Shown piece after piece: positions 20,622 to 31,846 of a DNA stretch of 64,000 bases (positions are counted from its first letter, which is position 1; each line of letters opens with the position of its first letter). Under the pieces are notes generated by a model that was not told the origin of the DNA, did no database searches, and saw only the letters and a program-made list of their open reading frames with translations. The position numbers and the translations under genes were made by a program. This DNA is from a virus. The stretch spans positions 12,246 to 76,245 of IMG/VR virus record IMGVR_UViG_3300013137_000013; one strand, 5' to 3'.

Positions 20622-22028
20622 ATGGATGAAAGAAGAAGAATATTATTAGGAAATAAAGATATATTATCCAGAAAGATTAAAGATTTTTATCTTGATATAA
20701 ATCTTTCTAGGGATAATAAAGAGATTATACCATACAAATATGATAATGTTTTTGATTTAACAAGGTTTTATGACCAAGAAAGAAATCAAAGCAGAAATTT
20801 TATCATATATGGCATTATAGATTCTTGTTCTTGGGATTGTGATAATCTATTAATTCAAGTATACCAATCCCCAGATTTAGATACTCCAAATTATTTATGT
20901 AGTACAGTAACAAAAAATGTTGTTAATCAAGCTATGCCATTTAAGAATATTTTTAATAAACTGAGAGGAAGATATATTATTGATAATATTCCAACAACCT
21001 TTACTGGATGTTCCGTTTATTTAAAGGTAAATGTTCCTGGATATACATATATTACTGAACAACAATTAATTTTTACAACATTAACATTAAGCAGTACTGG
21101 TGAAAAAGTTATTGAACAACTCAAATATGGAATAGATGAGGCTATTACTGATTGTGACGGAAATGTAATTCCAATAACTAATGATTTTGATTTTTTTTAT
21201 AATAAACATTGGATTAAAAAAGATATATTTGCCACCGACTATAGAACTATTTGGGTTGGAAATCCAGAGGATTTTTTATGTATACAAGACCAATACGGAT
21301 ATAATACAGGAATGGCACATTATAATTCAGTAATTGAATTATATGCTATTAACCATTATCCAACTGGAAACATGCAAAATAACGCCCCCCCTTATGATGT
21401 GGCAGATTTTGAGAATCTTGGAGCTTGCCCATTACCAATTCCAACAGAACAACTTACAATTATACAAAGCCCATCAAATGGAGGAACATTTATTATAAAT
21501 CCAGAAAAATTAAATTTATTATATTTGCCAATTGATAATGTTCACATATCTGCAACAGCCAATAGTTGTTTCAATTTTTCTGCTTTCACATATTCAGATG
21601 GCACTATAATTCCACACAATGTCACAGATAATGGAATTGATGTTTTAATGAATAGCGCCCAAACCATTTCTGTTATTTACAATTACAAAAAATATACATT
21701 AAGAGTTAGATTTACTTATACTGTAGAGACTAGTCCTTACGACAGCTATGACTTAAACGAATTTCCACTTGACATAAATACTAGTCAATCACCAGTAAGA
21801 ATAAATGGAATACTAACTGCAAATAATGTTGATTTAATATTTAATTGTGGAGATGTAGTATATATTTCACATTTTCTCAATACAATTTTTTCACAATCAT
21901 TAGGTAGATTTTGGCTTGGCGATGTAGTATTTGAAGGAAATAGCCACTCGCCAAATGATTTTGATTTTATAATTAATTCTGATTCTACTTTAGAAATTGT
22001 ATATGTTGCTTATTATCATCATCAATAG
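20622..22028 (+). CDS. Virion structural protein with C-terminal Ig/InlB-repeat-like segments
   Basis: FYDQERNQS..F.IYG N-terminus; SPSNGGT...V.ISATANSCFNF. Confidence 0.55.
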   Translation: MDERRRILLGNKDILSRKIKDFYLDINLSRDNKEIIPYKYDNVFDLTRFYDQERNQSRNFIIYGIIDSCSWDCDNLLIQVYQSPDLDTPNYLCSTVTKNVVNQAMPFKNIFNKLRGRYIIDNIPTTFTGCSVYLKVNVPGYTYITEQQLIFTTLTLSSTGEKVIEQLKYGIDEAITDCDGNVIPITNDFDFFYNKHWIKKDIFATDYRTIWVGNPEDFLCIQDQYGYNTGMAHYNSVIELYAINHYPTGNMQNNAPPYDVADFENLGACPLPIPTEQLTIIQSPSNGGTFIINPEKLNLLYLPIDNVHISATANSCFNFSAFTYSDGTIIPHNVTDNGIDVLMNSAQTISVIYNYKKYTLRVRFTYTVETSPYDSYDLNEFPLDINTSQSPVRINGILTANNVDLIFNCGDVVYISHFLNTIFSQSLGRFWLGDVVFEGNSHSPNDFDFIINSDSTLEIVYVAYYHHQ

Positions 22029-22052
22029 TATTCTAATTTTAAAAAATAAATT

Positions 22053-22628
22053 ATGAATTTAAACAAAAACTACATAAAAAAAACTATATTTCTTCAAAAA
22101 AGAGACAAATCTCCCTTTACTCCAATCAGTACTCTTGATATTCAAGATTTGAATTTTTCGCAAGGTCTTCAAAAGGGTTATTTTTCTATACCAGAAGACA
22201 TGTATGTCAACGTTTTGTTAACAAAAACATGTGAAATTTTTGAATATGTTGACACAAAAAAAGATGATAGAATATATGCGATTGACAGACAATTAATAAA
22301 TCCATATTATATAAATTTCGATTTTTTTAATACGGTAAGAAGAATAAAAGTCAACACTTCAGATGATTTAACACTACAAATGAAAGCGCATCTTCAAACT
22401 GCTTATACGGAGTCAATAATGCTATATTCTGCAAGCACAGACCCAACCACTACTTGGTTTAATGAAATTGGTTATAATATTCTTGTAAATGATATAATAA
22501 TAACAGTTGATGATGTTACAGGATTAAAGCGAGAAGAAAATGGATTAGAAAGATTAGAAAAAATTAAAAAAACATTTTATAGTGTTGTTTCCAAAGCTTT
22601 TTATTTCCCAATAGATATAAATAAATAA
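22053..22628 (+). CDS. Hypothetical virion protein
   Basis: ORF in the tail operon. Confidence 0.65.
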   Translation: MNLNKNYIKKTIFLQKRDKSPFTPISTLDIQDLNFSQGLQKGYFSIPEDMYVNVLLTKTCEIFEYVDTKKDDRIYAIDRQLINPYYINFDFFNTVRRIKVNTSDDLTLQMKAHLQTAYTESIMLYSASTDPTTTWFNEIGYNILVNDIIITVDDVTGLKREENGLERLEKIKKTFYSVVSKAFYFPIDINK

Positions 22629-22630
22629 GA

Positions 22631-25033
22631 ATGGAACAAATTCATGACATATTAATTAATAGATTTTTTACTGGTTCCACCAGTGCAACTACTATTGTCA
22701 CCACTCAAAGTGATTTGAAATATGAGAATAGTTATTACTATAACCCCATTGGAACTCCAGACATTATAGTAGATTATTCAAACGTAAGAGCATTTTTGTC
22801 AAATGAAAACAATCAAAAATTCGTTCAAGAATATTATTCATTTTTGACATCTTCTACGTTAATGAATTCTGCAATTTTGGCTGACCCAAATACAACACTT
22901 TTTATTCCAACGGCTGCATTTAAAGAAATTTATTACGATGATGAAAAACTTGCAGAATCTTATAATAATTTTTACAATTCATCTCTTTTAAGGGGACTTG
23001 ATACCAATTACATATCTAATCCTGATATTACAAATACTTCACTTAAAAATTTGCTATTGTCAGACGGTGTTAATCAATTGATAACTCAAAATGTTTTTCA
23101 TAATTATTATTTTTGGCAAAGTTCCATCCCAGCAAATCCAGCGTATTCACCACCAAAAAATCCATTTTTTACAGCTGGAACCCCATACTATACATCCCCA
23201 CCATTAGATGTTTATGGAGGAGATAGAGACGAAAGTGCAGAAGAGAGGCTTGTTGAAATTCCTATAAATAAGGAAAATTATTATGTAAATGTTTTATTAC
23301 TAAAAAGATTTACTCAAACAGCAAGAATGGCATTCGAGACATGCAACAATGTTATATATAAAACAATAAACTCAACAAACACACTTTCTCAAAATCCAAC
23401 TGATACAATAAGATATAATGATTTTGTAACGACATCAAATACAAGATTAACAAGCAATTTAGATGGGTCTCAGATTGTAACAATCCAGCAATCATACGAT
23501 AAAGCGCTACAAGAAAATTTTACTCAATCAACAATTGATATTTCAGAATCAGAATTACAAACTGGGAAAACATATTTACAATGCTTTGTTGACCCTAATT
23601 TTAAAACTAATGAAAATGAATATTGGACTGATATTAAGGCCAATTATGTTAGATTTGAGCATTCTTCTTATTCTTTACCGATTGGAAACACCATAGGGGT
23701 CAAAGTTATTTTACAACATCCCGCAGAAGAATATGTAACCGTAGAAGTAAAAATAGTAAACGAAACAGCTAATTCTTATTATGATTATAATATACTTTCT
23801 CCATTTCATACTTTAGAAACAAACAAATATATCACTGTTTACTTTAATGAAGGAGAAAGTGTAAAAACAATATATTTTGAAAATTCTTACACTTCTTACG
23901 AAATTGGCACAGAAGAAGTGGGGAAAACATTACCAATACCACAAAGCGAGAATTCTAATGTAAATATTTTAGGAGAAATTAGCGGAGGCACATCCAATGC
24001 CAAGACGTTTGTAATTCAACCATCTCAGATTGATACTGCCACAACATTAGAAAATTCCTCAATGAGATTTGCAACCATAGAAGATTTAAATACTATTACG
24101 TCATCTACTACTTTTATCAACACAACATATACGCCACCAAATAATGATTATATAGAAGTAAATAATTTAACAGAAATTGCTACTTCTTTAACTGATGCTG
24201 GATTCAAACTTGGGGGTGCGTATGGTTTGAGTAAACAAGGCTATGTTTTCAGAAGTAAATTTAAAGATTTAGATTTCTTTGTTACTAAAAATAATGAAAC
24301 GTCCATTTTGGTTGTACCATATGAAATAATAATAGAAAACTTTATCCCAGATTCAATTCCAAGTCAACTCAAAACCTTTCTTTCTTATATATTTGCAACT
24401 AGAATAAAGGTAAGTAAAATAAAAAAACAATTTTCAACCAAAACCGATTTAATTAATGTTTGGTATTCTATTTATACAGATTATGGAGTAATAGAACTGT
24501 TCTTTTATAATAATTCTTTTAAAGTAAATTTATTAATGCCAGAACTTGTAGATTATACTGAAATTTTAACATTGAAAAGCTTAGTGGCACGTCCAAAAGA
24601 CTTAAACGACGTAGAGCTTTTTGTTCCATATGCTACACCACTTCGTATAAATCAAAATTCAATAATAAATGCAAGCTCTGAGTATGCAAAATCAATCACT
24701 ATTAATCAATCAACCTTAAAAACATATACAATAACAACAATTGATACTAAAAACATTCTCTTAACTTTATCAAATTCATATGGAGGTTTATTAATTGGAA
24801 ATATTAGCAGTACTAATATAGCAACGGAAAGGTACCAAGTTCAATATGAAACAGAAACAGAGCCAGAGCCAGCATCAGAAGTAACACAAGCATCTCAAAC
24901 ACAGCAAGTTCAAACAGAAGAAGTAATGACATGGGGAAGCGAACCAGACCCACCAGAAGGAGGAGACTCACAATCAGAACAAACTCAAGGTGGAGATTCT
25001 GGAGGCGACTCTGGAGATGGTGGAGATTATTAG
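22631..25033 (+). CDS. Virion structural protein with Calx-beta-like segment and acidic Gly-rich tail
   Basis: VRFEHSSYS...VTVEV..ETA..YDY..TVYFNEGESVKTI; C-terminus GGDSGGDSGDGGDY. Confidence 0.6.
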   Translation: MEQIHDILINRFFTGSTSATTIVTTQSDLKYENSYYYNPIGTPDIIVDYSNVRAFLSNENNQKFVQEYYSFLTSSTLMNSAILADPNTTLFIPTAAFKEIYYDDEKLAESYNNFYNSSLLRGLDTNYISNPDITNTSLKNLLLSDGVNQLITQNVFHNYYFWQSSIPANPAYSPPKNPFFTAGTPYYTSPPLDVYGGDRDESAEERLVEIPINKENYYVNVLLLKRFTQTARMAFETCNNVIYKTINSTNTLSQNPTDTIRYNDFVTTSNTRLTSNLDGSQIVTIQQSYDKALQENFTQSTIDISESELQTGKTYLQCFVDPNFKTNENEYWTDIKANYVRFEHSSYSLPIGNTIGVKVILQHPAEEYVTVEVKIVNETANSYYDYNILSPFHTLETNKYITVYFNEGESVKTIYFENSYTSYEIGTEEVGKTLPIPQSENSNVNILGEISGGTSNAKTFVIQPSQIDTATTLENSSMRFATIEDLNTITSSTTFINTTYTPPNNDYIEVNNLTEIATSLTDAGFKLGGAYGLSKQGYVFRSKFKDLDFFVTKNNETSILVVPYEIIIENFIPDSIPSQLKTFLSYIFATRIKVSKIKKQFSTKTDLINVWYSIYTDYGVIELFFYNNSFKVNLLMPELVDYTEILTLKSLVARPKDLNDVELFVPYATPLRINQNSIINASSEYAKSITINQSTLKTYTITTIDTKNILLTLSNSYGGLLIGNISSTNIATERYQVQYETETEPEPASEVTQASQTQQVQTEEVMTWGSEPDPPEGGDSQSEQTQGGDSGGDSGDGGDY

Positions 25034-25054
25034 TGAACATAAATTTTTTTAAAT

Positions 25055-25062
25055 TATTTATA
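25055..25062 (+). promoter_or_regulatory. Putative late promoter TATTTATA
   Basis: Upstream of 25076. Confidence 0.7.
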
Positions 25063-25075
25063 AAAAAGCAAAATT

Positions 25076-25951
25076 ATGGCAGTAGGAATTTACGGTACGA
25101 AAAAATTAGCAGACGTTGACTTCAATGATGTTGATGTTTTGTATGCATATGCCCCCACCAGGGAATCTGTTACAGACAATCAATTAAGACCGTTATTTGC
25201 TAATATTACCAACAGCGACTTTACTAAAATGTTTGGGGCTGACGGTGCATATAAGTTAAAATTACCAGCATCGGTTTTTAATAAACTTGGATTTTATGCA
25301 GTTTTAATAAAACCAAAAACATTTGAAACGAATATTATAGACTGTTCTTTTGTCGTAACAGAAACTGTAGAAGAAATTCAAATTTCAAGAAAGGGAATTG
25401 TTATCCCAAAATTGCAATTTCAAGGAACTGGTAGTTTAATTGGTTATCAAATAGAATATTTTGATGATAATGGAATAAAAATTAAAAATTTTCATAAAAT
25501 TGTAACAGGAAGTGACCCCGTAAGCCCAGCACAAAACTCTAATCAATCAGTGCAAGGGTCAACAACCAGTTACACTTTAAATGACAATGGAGCCTCATTG
25601 TTTTTAACTTTGACACCAGATGAAGTTAGTTTAATATCAAATTTGGCAAAAGCTGACTTGGGAAAGGCGGGACAAAAAATATTAATTTCCAATACATTTT
25701 TTGACCCAGTAATGCTAGAGATTGAAATGGTTGACCAAACCGTTAAAACTTTAAGTTATGGTATATTTGGAAACTCTACAAGAGATATGGAAACTGGTTT
25801 ATTCTCTATATTTGATGAAAATAACAATCTTTACAAACAATATAATTTGTTAACCAGGAAGAAAGTGTTTACAAATGGTAATATTGATTATAAAGAACAA
25901 AGAACATCTATAAATTATAATCAAAACTTTAATGACTTATCGCAACAATAA
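25076..25951 (+). CDS. Hypothetical virion protein
   Basis: 291 aa, bounded by a late motif and a terminator. Confidence 0.75.
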   Translation: MAVGIYGTKKLADVDFNDVDVLYAYAPTRESVTDNQLRPLFANITNSDFTKMFGADGAYKLKLPASVFNKLGFYAVLIKPKTFETNIIDCSFVVTETVEEIQISRKGIVIPKLQFQGTGSLIGYQIEYFDDNGIKIKNFHKIVTGSDPVSPAQNSNQSVQGSTTSYTLNDNGASLFLTLTPDEVSLISNLAKADLGKAGQKILISNTFFDPVMLEIEMVDQTVKTLSYGIFGNSTRDMETGLFSIFDENNNLYKQYNLLTRKKVFTNGNIDYKEQRTSINYNQNFNDLSQQ

Positions 25952-25953
25952 TA

Positions 25954-25981
25954 AAAAAAGCCCCAAATTGAGGGGCTTTTC
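25954..25981. terminator. Bidirectional Rho-independent terminator
   Basis: AAAAGCCCC-loop-GGGGCTTTT between convergent genes. Confidence 0.75.
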
Positions 25982-25983
25982 TA

Positions 25984-27594
25984 TTAATTATAATTGTATC
26001 CTATATTCCAATAGAATGTTGTTGTAGATGCTCGATAAACAAATGAGATAATGTCTTCGGCATTTATGCCTGATGATAAAAGTACAGAACCACCACCGCC
26101 ATTTACAATCTTATGAGTACCTGGAGTTCCACTAAATGATAATGTTCTGCTACCAGAACCATCTTGCTGTACAATTAATGTTCCAGAATCACCATCAGAA
26201 ACGCCAGTTATTGATAAACTTCTATTTCCACCTAATTGGGCAAATGCATTTGCGCCCAAATCATATCCCCACGTAATTGTGGCATCATCAATAAGTGTTT
26301 GGAATGCACTCGTTCCAGAAACAACATTTCCATTAATATCTATGCCCAATCCAGCAACCAATGTCCCAGTATCTAACTTATTAACATTTAACCTATACAC
26401 ATATGTTGTGTATGCTTGCGTTCCAGTTAATGAAAATCCACCAATAATTGCACTATAATTTGCAGTAGAATCTAAATAATTATTCGAACCTCCCAAAATT
26501 ACGCCACAACTTGCATCATTAGCATTTAGTGAGCCGTGTGTCAAAGAGTAACTTCCTTTTGCTGTTGTATGATTTCCAAAAGTATTTGAATTCTTGCCCA
26601 ATGCCGTTGTATAGGCACCCTCTGCATGAGATGCTTCTCCTGAAGCTATTGTGTAATATCCTTCTGCATGAGAATATTGCCCATATGCCGTTGTATAACA
26701 TCCTTCTGCATGACTATATCCTGGCTGAATGAGTTGTGAATATCCACCTGCAGTTGTGTAATATCCCTCTGCATGAGATGCTTCTCCTGAAGTCATTGTA
26801 TAGTACCCTTCTGCATGAGATGCTTCTCCTGATGCTATTGTGTGATTCCCTTCTGCATGAGAATATTGTCCATATGATACAGTATTTTTTCCTTCTGTAT
26901 GAGATGTTGCTCCATTTGCTGTTGTTTGACCCCCTTCTGAATGTGAATTATTTCCAACCGTAGTTGTTAAACCCCCTTCAGCATGAGATACTGCTCCAGA
27001 TGCTATATTATATCCGCCTTCCGCATGAGATGCTAATCCAAAAGATATATTATATCCACCTTCAGCGTGAGAAGCATCCCCAATGGCAGTAGTTCCAGAA
27101 CCTTCTGAATGACTTGCACTTCCTGAAGTTATTGTCTCAACTCCCTCTGCATGAGATGAATAACCATTAGCTAATGTTAATTGCCCTTGTGCAAATGAAT
27201 AATCCCCACCTGCTACTGTATTATAACCAGCAGCAAAAGAAGTATTGCCACTAGCAAGGGTTGAATTATTGCAAGCAAACGATGAATAACCCGTGCCACT
27301 GGTGTTAAATCCTGATGCGGTTGCATAATTTCCAGTTGCATCTGTTCCACTATCATTATTTTCTTTAACAGAATAATTACCACTTGAACCAGAAATCCAT
27401 ATATCAGAACCTTGTGCTTGAAAAACGTTATATAAATCTGTGTTGCCAGAATAAAGGGTTCCTCCACTAAGAGAAGTTGAATAAGCTTCATTAAAGGTAG
27501 CGGCATTGAAAGATGATGTTGCACTAAATGCATTATTTAGCGCAACCCTTCCTTGGTCAAGCGTATATGAACTTAATAATAATTCGCCAATCAT
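25984..27594 (-). CDS. Tail fibre / adhesin with YadA-head-like 14-aa SHAEG repeats
   Basis: 13 SH[AST]EG repeats at 14-residue period, then a C-terminal IVQQDGSGSRTL domain typical of phage fibres. Confidence 0.8.
   Translation of the reverse strand: MIGELLLSSYTLDQGRVALNNAFSATSSFNAATFNEAYSTSLSGGTLYSGNTDLYNVFQAQGSDIWISGSSGNYSVKENNDSGTDATGNYATASGFNTSGTGYSSFACNNSTLASGNTSFAAGYNTVAGGDYSFAQGQLTLANGYSSHAEGVETITSGSASHSEGSGTTAIGDASHAEGGYNISFGLASHAEGGYNIASGAVSHAEGGLTTTVGNNSHSEGGQTTANGATSHTEGKNTVSYGQYSHAEGNHTIASGEASHAEGYYTMTSGEASHAEGYYTTAGGYSQLIQPGYSHAEGCYTTAYGQYSHAEGYYTIASGEASHAEGAYTTALGKNSNTFGNHTTAKGSYSLTHGSLNANDASCGVILGGSNNYLDSTANYSAIIGGFSLTGTQAYTTYVYRLNVNKLDTGTLVAGLGIDINGNVVSGTSAFQTLIDDATITWGYDLGANAFAQLGGNRSLSITGVSDGDSGTLIVQQDGSGSRTLSFSGTPGTHKIVNGGGGSVLLSSGINAEDIISFVYRASTTTFYWNIGYNYN
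26590..27170 (-). repeat. 42-bp-period coding tandem repeat (SHAEG array); boundaries approximate
   Basis: Recurrent ccttctgcatgaga / ccctctgcatgaga on the + strand. Confidence 0.8.
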
Positions 27595-27606
27595 TTTTAT
27601 TTTTTT

Positions 27607-27614
27607 TATAAATA
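27607..27614 (-). promoter_or_regulatory. Putative late promoter TATTTATA
   Basis: Upstream of minus-strand start 27594. Confidence 0.7.
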
Positions 27615-27625
27615 GTTAAACAAAA

Positions 27626-29329
27626 TTAATCTATACCAAAAATTTTATCACCCATAACTCCCCATGTATCCCACATATTGCCCCAAAGCAATTTGAGATG
27701 AATAACTCCAACCGAGGTGTCACCAGTAATACTAATAGTTCTACTGTCTTGTTTATATCCTCTATAGAAAGTATTTAAAGTATATGTTCCAGGTTCTAGC
27801 TCTGTAAATACAAAATTTCCAGTAAGGTCAGTCGGTTGAGTTATATAACTACTATTTGGATAAATTAATTGAATAGTAGCACCAGTCACAACACTTCCAG
27901 AAACAACTCCACTAAGAGAATATTGACCCTGGAGAGAATCATCTAAATATGATGGATATGCCCACATAGGAGAATCTGCAATGTGTGGGCTATCTGATTG
28001 GGTATAAACATAAGATTTATATACACTTGGGGTCGTTATTGCAGTTCCAACATCAGAAAAAGTTACAACACTTTGCTTCACTCCAAATATGTTTATTAAT
28101 TCTTTGACCCCACCCATTCTGTACCAAAATTGTGTTTTATTTAATAAAGGAACAGAATATTCTCTTACAATGTCAGTTGTTTTTTGTGTTATAGACCAAT
28201 CTTCAGATTCAGAGCCCAACAATTCATTTGTACTTAATTTTGTATCTTCTTTTTTAATTGGATAAGAATATACCACACCACTAAAAGATTGTGAATCTCC
28301 AGAATCATAAACAACTTGTAATAAATAACTATCTGCATCATTAGAATTTGACCAAAAGAAGTTGGGGGAAAAAGTAGTTAGTTGTCCAGTCACATAAGGT
28401 TTAACCCATTGTGGTTTATTTGGAATCAAAAAATATGTGAAATAATTTCCATAAACAGTAATTCCCGAAAATGTTCCACCAGTTATTATGTGTGCTGGTA
28501 CTGGAGTAGTTTCCTTATAATATTGTTGATAACTTATAGGCACAATGCTATCATCATCTCCAAGTTGACAAAATTCATATAATCCCGCTCCCTGCATTCT
28601 TTCAAACTCGAATTGTGTTGTAATAAAGTATTGCGCATAATCCTCAAATAATTGAAAAGCGAAATCTCCTTTTCTTTTTTGATATTCTGCTAAAAATAAA
28701 TCATAAACACTTGTTGAAATCCCAGATGTTGTTGCAGTAATCGTTAGAATTGGATTTTCTAACATTGTTTGCATTGCTTTATATTTATCAGATTGACTAA
28801 TTGAGGATGTTAATTCCGATGGAAATGAACTTGGAGCCAATAATTCAGAAACGTTGTTTAAAGATATTTTTCTTTTTGTAACACTTGTGCTTGATATTCC
28901 ATCTTTTGTTATTGTTTCCTCAATGGTTTCCTCAGATGCATTTCTTGTTTCCTGAACTTTTGTCCTTTCTAAATTAGCAACACATTCTTTATAATTTTTA
29001 TAAGGAATTTTATAAAGTTGATGTTTAATTGTTACACCAGTTCCAAAGTGGTCTGTGTTTGCAGTAAATATAAACCTAATAAATGGCCTAGAGACATTGG
29101 TAAAAATAGACCAATAATCCTGCATATAATAATTCAATGTTCCACCTAAAGTGTAATAAGTGGGCGTATCGAATTCAAAATAATCGCTATTTACAATATT
29201 TACATCAACAAAATGATTAGTGTAAAATCCTTCAGCAAAACTTTCTGGGTAACAAGCTGGCATACCAGAATGCTTTTGGTAATCTTGCTTTATGAAAATC
29301 TTTTTATTTGAATCGTATATTAATGACAT
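27626..29329 (-). CDS. Virion protein with Fn3-like and carboxypeptidase-regulatory-like domains
   Basis: PNFFWS...ADSYLLQV...FWYR; LSGVV..VTGATIQL..TDLTGNFVFTELEPGTYTL. Confidence 0.6.
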   Translation of the reverse strand: MSLIYDSNKKIFIKQDYQKHSGMPACYPESFAEGFYTNHFVDVNIVNSDYFEFDTPTYYTLGGTLNYYMQDYWSIFTNVSRPFIRFIFTANTDHFGTGVTIKHQLYKIPYKNYKECVANLERTKVQETRNASEETIEETITKDGISSTSVTKRKISLNNVSELLAPSSFPSELTSSISQSDKYKAMQTMLENPILTITATTSGISTSVYDLFLAEYQKRKGDFAFQLFEDYAQYFITTQFEFERMQGAGLYEFCQLGDDDSIVPISYQQYYKETTPVPAHIITGGTFSGITVYGNYFTYFLIPNKPQWVKPYVTGQLTTFSPNFFWSNSNDADSYLLQVVYDSGDSQSFSGVVYSYPIKKEDTKLSTNELLGSESEDWSITQKTTDIVREYSVPLLNKTQFWYRMGGVKELINIFGVKQSVVTFSDVGTAITTPSVYKSYVYTQSDSPHIADSPMWAYPSYLDDSLQGQYSLSGVVSGSVVTGATIQLIYPNSSYITQPTDLTGNFVFTELEPGTYTLNTFYRGYKQDSRTISITGDTSVGVIHLKLLWGNMWDTWGVMGDKIFGID

Positions 29330-29354
29330 TTTTTAAAGATTAATAGTTAAAAAT

Positions 29355-31730
29355 TTATTCGGCCACTAATTGTTGTGATGAACTAATTATAGATGCTGTG
29401 GCGATTACGGCACCAATTTCTGAATTAACAGTTTTAGTATTAACACTACATGTAATGTTTAAAGCCTTTATGGATGCCTCCTTTGTCTCAATTTTTTGGC
29501 AGGAAAACTTAAAAGGAAAAACATTTTGCTGAGTTGGAATAATAATTTTTACATCAGAAAGCGAACAATACTTAAATTGTCCTATCACTGGTTCTAAAGA
29601 ATCTCTTCTAAACATAGAACCTTTGTCAACTCCTTCTCTGTAAACAAATCTTTCTCTATGAAAAACTGGATTTTTATATGTAGTTGGAACGTGTTCATTA
29701 AAAATTGTGGTAGCTGGAACTAATTGTAGCATATAATCTCCGAGTTGTACTTCAAGTAACTGTATGTATGATTCCAATTTACACATTGTTAGTGAATTGC
29801 TATCAGGACAAGTTGCATAATAATAAGATAAATATATATTTTTTAGTTCTGGATAGCCCCAAACAGTATGACATTGTGCGTTTGTTTTTCTATTTGTTGG
29901 ATTAATTGAATTCGTATAAACATAATCTATATACTGACTTAAAGTCATAGCAGCTATATTTATTGGTTGCACGTCTTCTTGTGTAAAAGTTAAAAATTCA
30001 AACGGAATAGTCATACAACTAAAAGAAGGGCATGGACTGCCCCACATCCATGATGCACATGGTTGCTGAAAATATTGCCAAACATCACATTCAATAGCTT
30101 GTGTTGGAGCAAATTCAAGTCCCACTTCTTTTGTGTTAACAATACTTCTTGTACCATCAATTGGGTCTCCAACCTCTATTTTAATATTATCAACCCTCAT
30201 AAGTGGGTCAAATTCTGGCCTCCATTGATTAATATAATCATATCCATTTCCCCTGTTAATTCCCCCTTGTTGGAATATATATAAACTTTCAGAATAATTA
30301 ATATATCCGTCAGTATCAACTTTTGATGTTACATTTGGGGCTGTTTTAACAATATCATAAACAAATTCATTGAAATTTATTAAACAATCTGGAGCTCCAA
30401 GAAGTTTAAATATAAACGTAATAGCGTCTCTGGTGCCCTTTTTCTTATACAACCACACTATATTAATTAAAATTCTTCTCCAAATTTCAACATTAAAATA
30501 AGAAAATGAATTATTGCTTTGGTCCAAATCGCTTGTTAAATAATCAAACAAATCCAATTCGCTAAATCCATCTGATAATTTCCACCCCAAAAGAGTCCCT
30601 AACTTCATCATAAATTTTCTTGGAACAGTTTCTTCGTTATTATATTCAACACTATGAGCATATGCTATTGCGTCTATATAATTTTTAAGTTTATCAAATT
30701 CATAAGCATATGTTTGAATAATACTTCTATAAATTTGTCCATTGGAATCCAACTCCAAATAGTTTTCTGGAATTACAGTTTTTATAAAAATATCAGTTTT
30801 CTCCTCATCAACCCTTTCTGCTGCAACTAAAATTTTATCTTTATATGTTTCAAAATTAGAACCATATGAATCAGGAGCAAAACCATCAATCGTTCTTGGC
30901 CATATAAATTGTTTATTAATATAATCATCTTCTGTTGTTTCTGTATTTGGAATCGCAAAAATTCCTTCTCCCAACAATTGTGTTTCTAATGAAGTTATCG
31001 AATCATTGTAATTATACATTCTTTCAATGGTTGGCCTGATGTATAATGCTTTTGTAAAAACAGGACTTGAATTGCCACCCATTAAAAGCCCAGAGACTTC
31101 AAAATACAAATATGTTCCAGAGAAAGAATAGTTTTTTATTTTATGAATTTCCGTTTGTCCACTTAATTGTACACAAAACTGTTTATAGTCATAAGATAAA
31201 CTGTAATTATTAGGAGTATTTGCAGACGTTAAAATAATATTACTTTGGTTAGTTAAACCAGATGTTGGTATTTTAAAAACCGACCACGTTTCAAACGTTA
31301 TATTGTCATAGTGCTCAGAATAGTCAAATATATTTACGTTACCATTATTATAAGATAGAATTGCATATGGATAGTCGGATATTATTCTATTTATTGCTGA
31401 CGCTACGCTGGTATAAAACGAAGAAAAATAAGAATGACTTTTAGGTTTTCTTTTTGGTAAATTTAATTCGTTTTGTTGAACGAATGTGCTAGAAACAGAA
31501 CTAATTAAATTTACAGCATTTAAGGTCTCTAAATTATCAAATGTGCCAAAACTAGCAAATTGTGTAGAGGAAGTTAAAACATCTAGGGAATAATTTTTTT
31601 CAATTGTAAAATCCCCAAAAGAAAATATGGCATCAGACTTTGAGGCTACTAATCTTTTTTCCTTTCCTGGTTGTGGACGTATAGATAATGTTGTAGCAGA
31701 ATTTATATTTGTCTCAAAAGGTATTGGCAT
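29355..31730 (-). CDS. Baseplate wedge protein (P2 gpI / T4 gp7-like)
   Basis: FDKLKNYID..P.K....LGW...IWRRILINIVWLYKKKGTRDAI.FIFKLLG. Confidence 0.7.
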   Translation of the reverse strand: MPIPFETNINSATTLSIRPQPGKEKRLVASKSDAIFSFGDFTIEKNYSLDVLTSSTQFASFGTFDNLETLNAVNLISSVSSTFVQQNELNLPKRKPKSHSYFSSFYTSVASAINRIISDYPYAILSYNNGNVNIFDYSEHYDNITFETWSVFKIPTSGLTNQSNIILTSANTPNNYSLSYDYKQFCVQLSGQTEIHKIKNYSFSGTYLYFEVSGLLMGGNSSPVFTKALYIRPTIERMYNYNDSITSLETQLLGEGIFAIPNTETTEDDYINKQFIWPRTIDGFAPDSYGSNFETYKDKILVAAERVDEEKTDIFIKTVIPENYLELDSNGQIYRSIIQTYAYEFDKLKNYIDAIAYAHSVEYNNEETVPRKFMMKLGTLLGWKLSDGFSELDLFDYLTSDLDQSNNSFSYFNVEIWRRILINIVWLYKKKGTRDAITFIFKLLGAPDCLINFNEFVYDIVKTAPNVTSKVDTDGYINYSESLYIFQQGGINRGNGYDYINQWRPEFDPLMRVDNIKIEVGDPIDGTRSIVNTKEVGLEFAPTQAIECDVWQYFQQPCASWMWGSPCPSFSCMTIPFEFLTFTQEDVQPINIAAMTLSQYIDYVYTNSINPTNRKTNAQCHTVWGYPELKNIYLSYYYATCPDSNSLTMCKLESYIQLLEVQLGDYMLQLVPATTIFNEHVPTTYKNPVFHRERFVYREGVDKGSMFRRDSLEPVIGQFKYCSLSDVKIIIPTQQNVFPFKFSCQKIETKEASIKALNITCSVNTKTVNSEIGAVIATASIISSSQQLVAE

Positions 31731-31747
31731 CTAATTTTTTATTTTTT

Positions 31748-31755
31748 TATAAATA
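31748..31755 (-). promoter_or_regulatory. Putative late promoter TATTTATA
   Basis: Upstream of minus-strand start 31730. Confidence 0.7.
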
Positions 31756-31846
31756 TTCACAAAAAAGATTTAAAAACAAACAAAAATGGTTTTTTTAAAA
31801 GTTAACTATTTATTTTTAGAAAAAGTTTGAATATTTTTTTATTGAT

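Noticed and set aside
26590-27170. Regularly spaced repeats resembling a CRISPR array
   Set aside because: They are in-frame, 42-bp-period degenerate coding repeats of the fibre, with no unique spacers and no cas operon.
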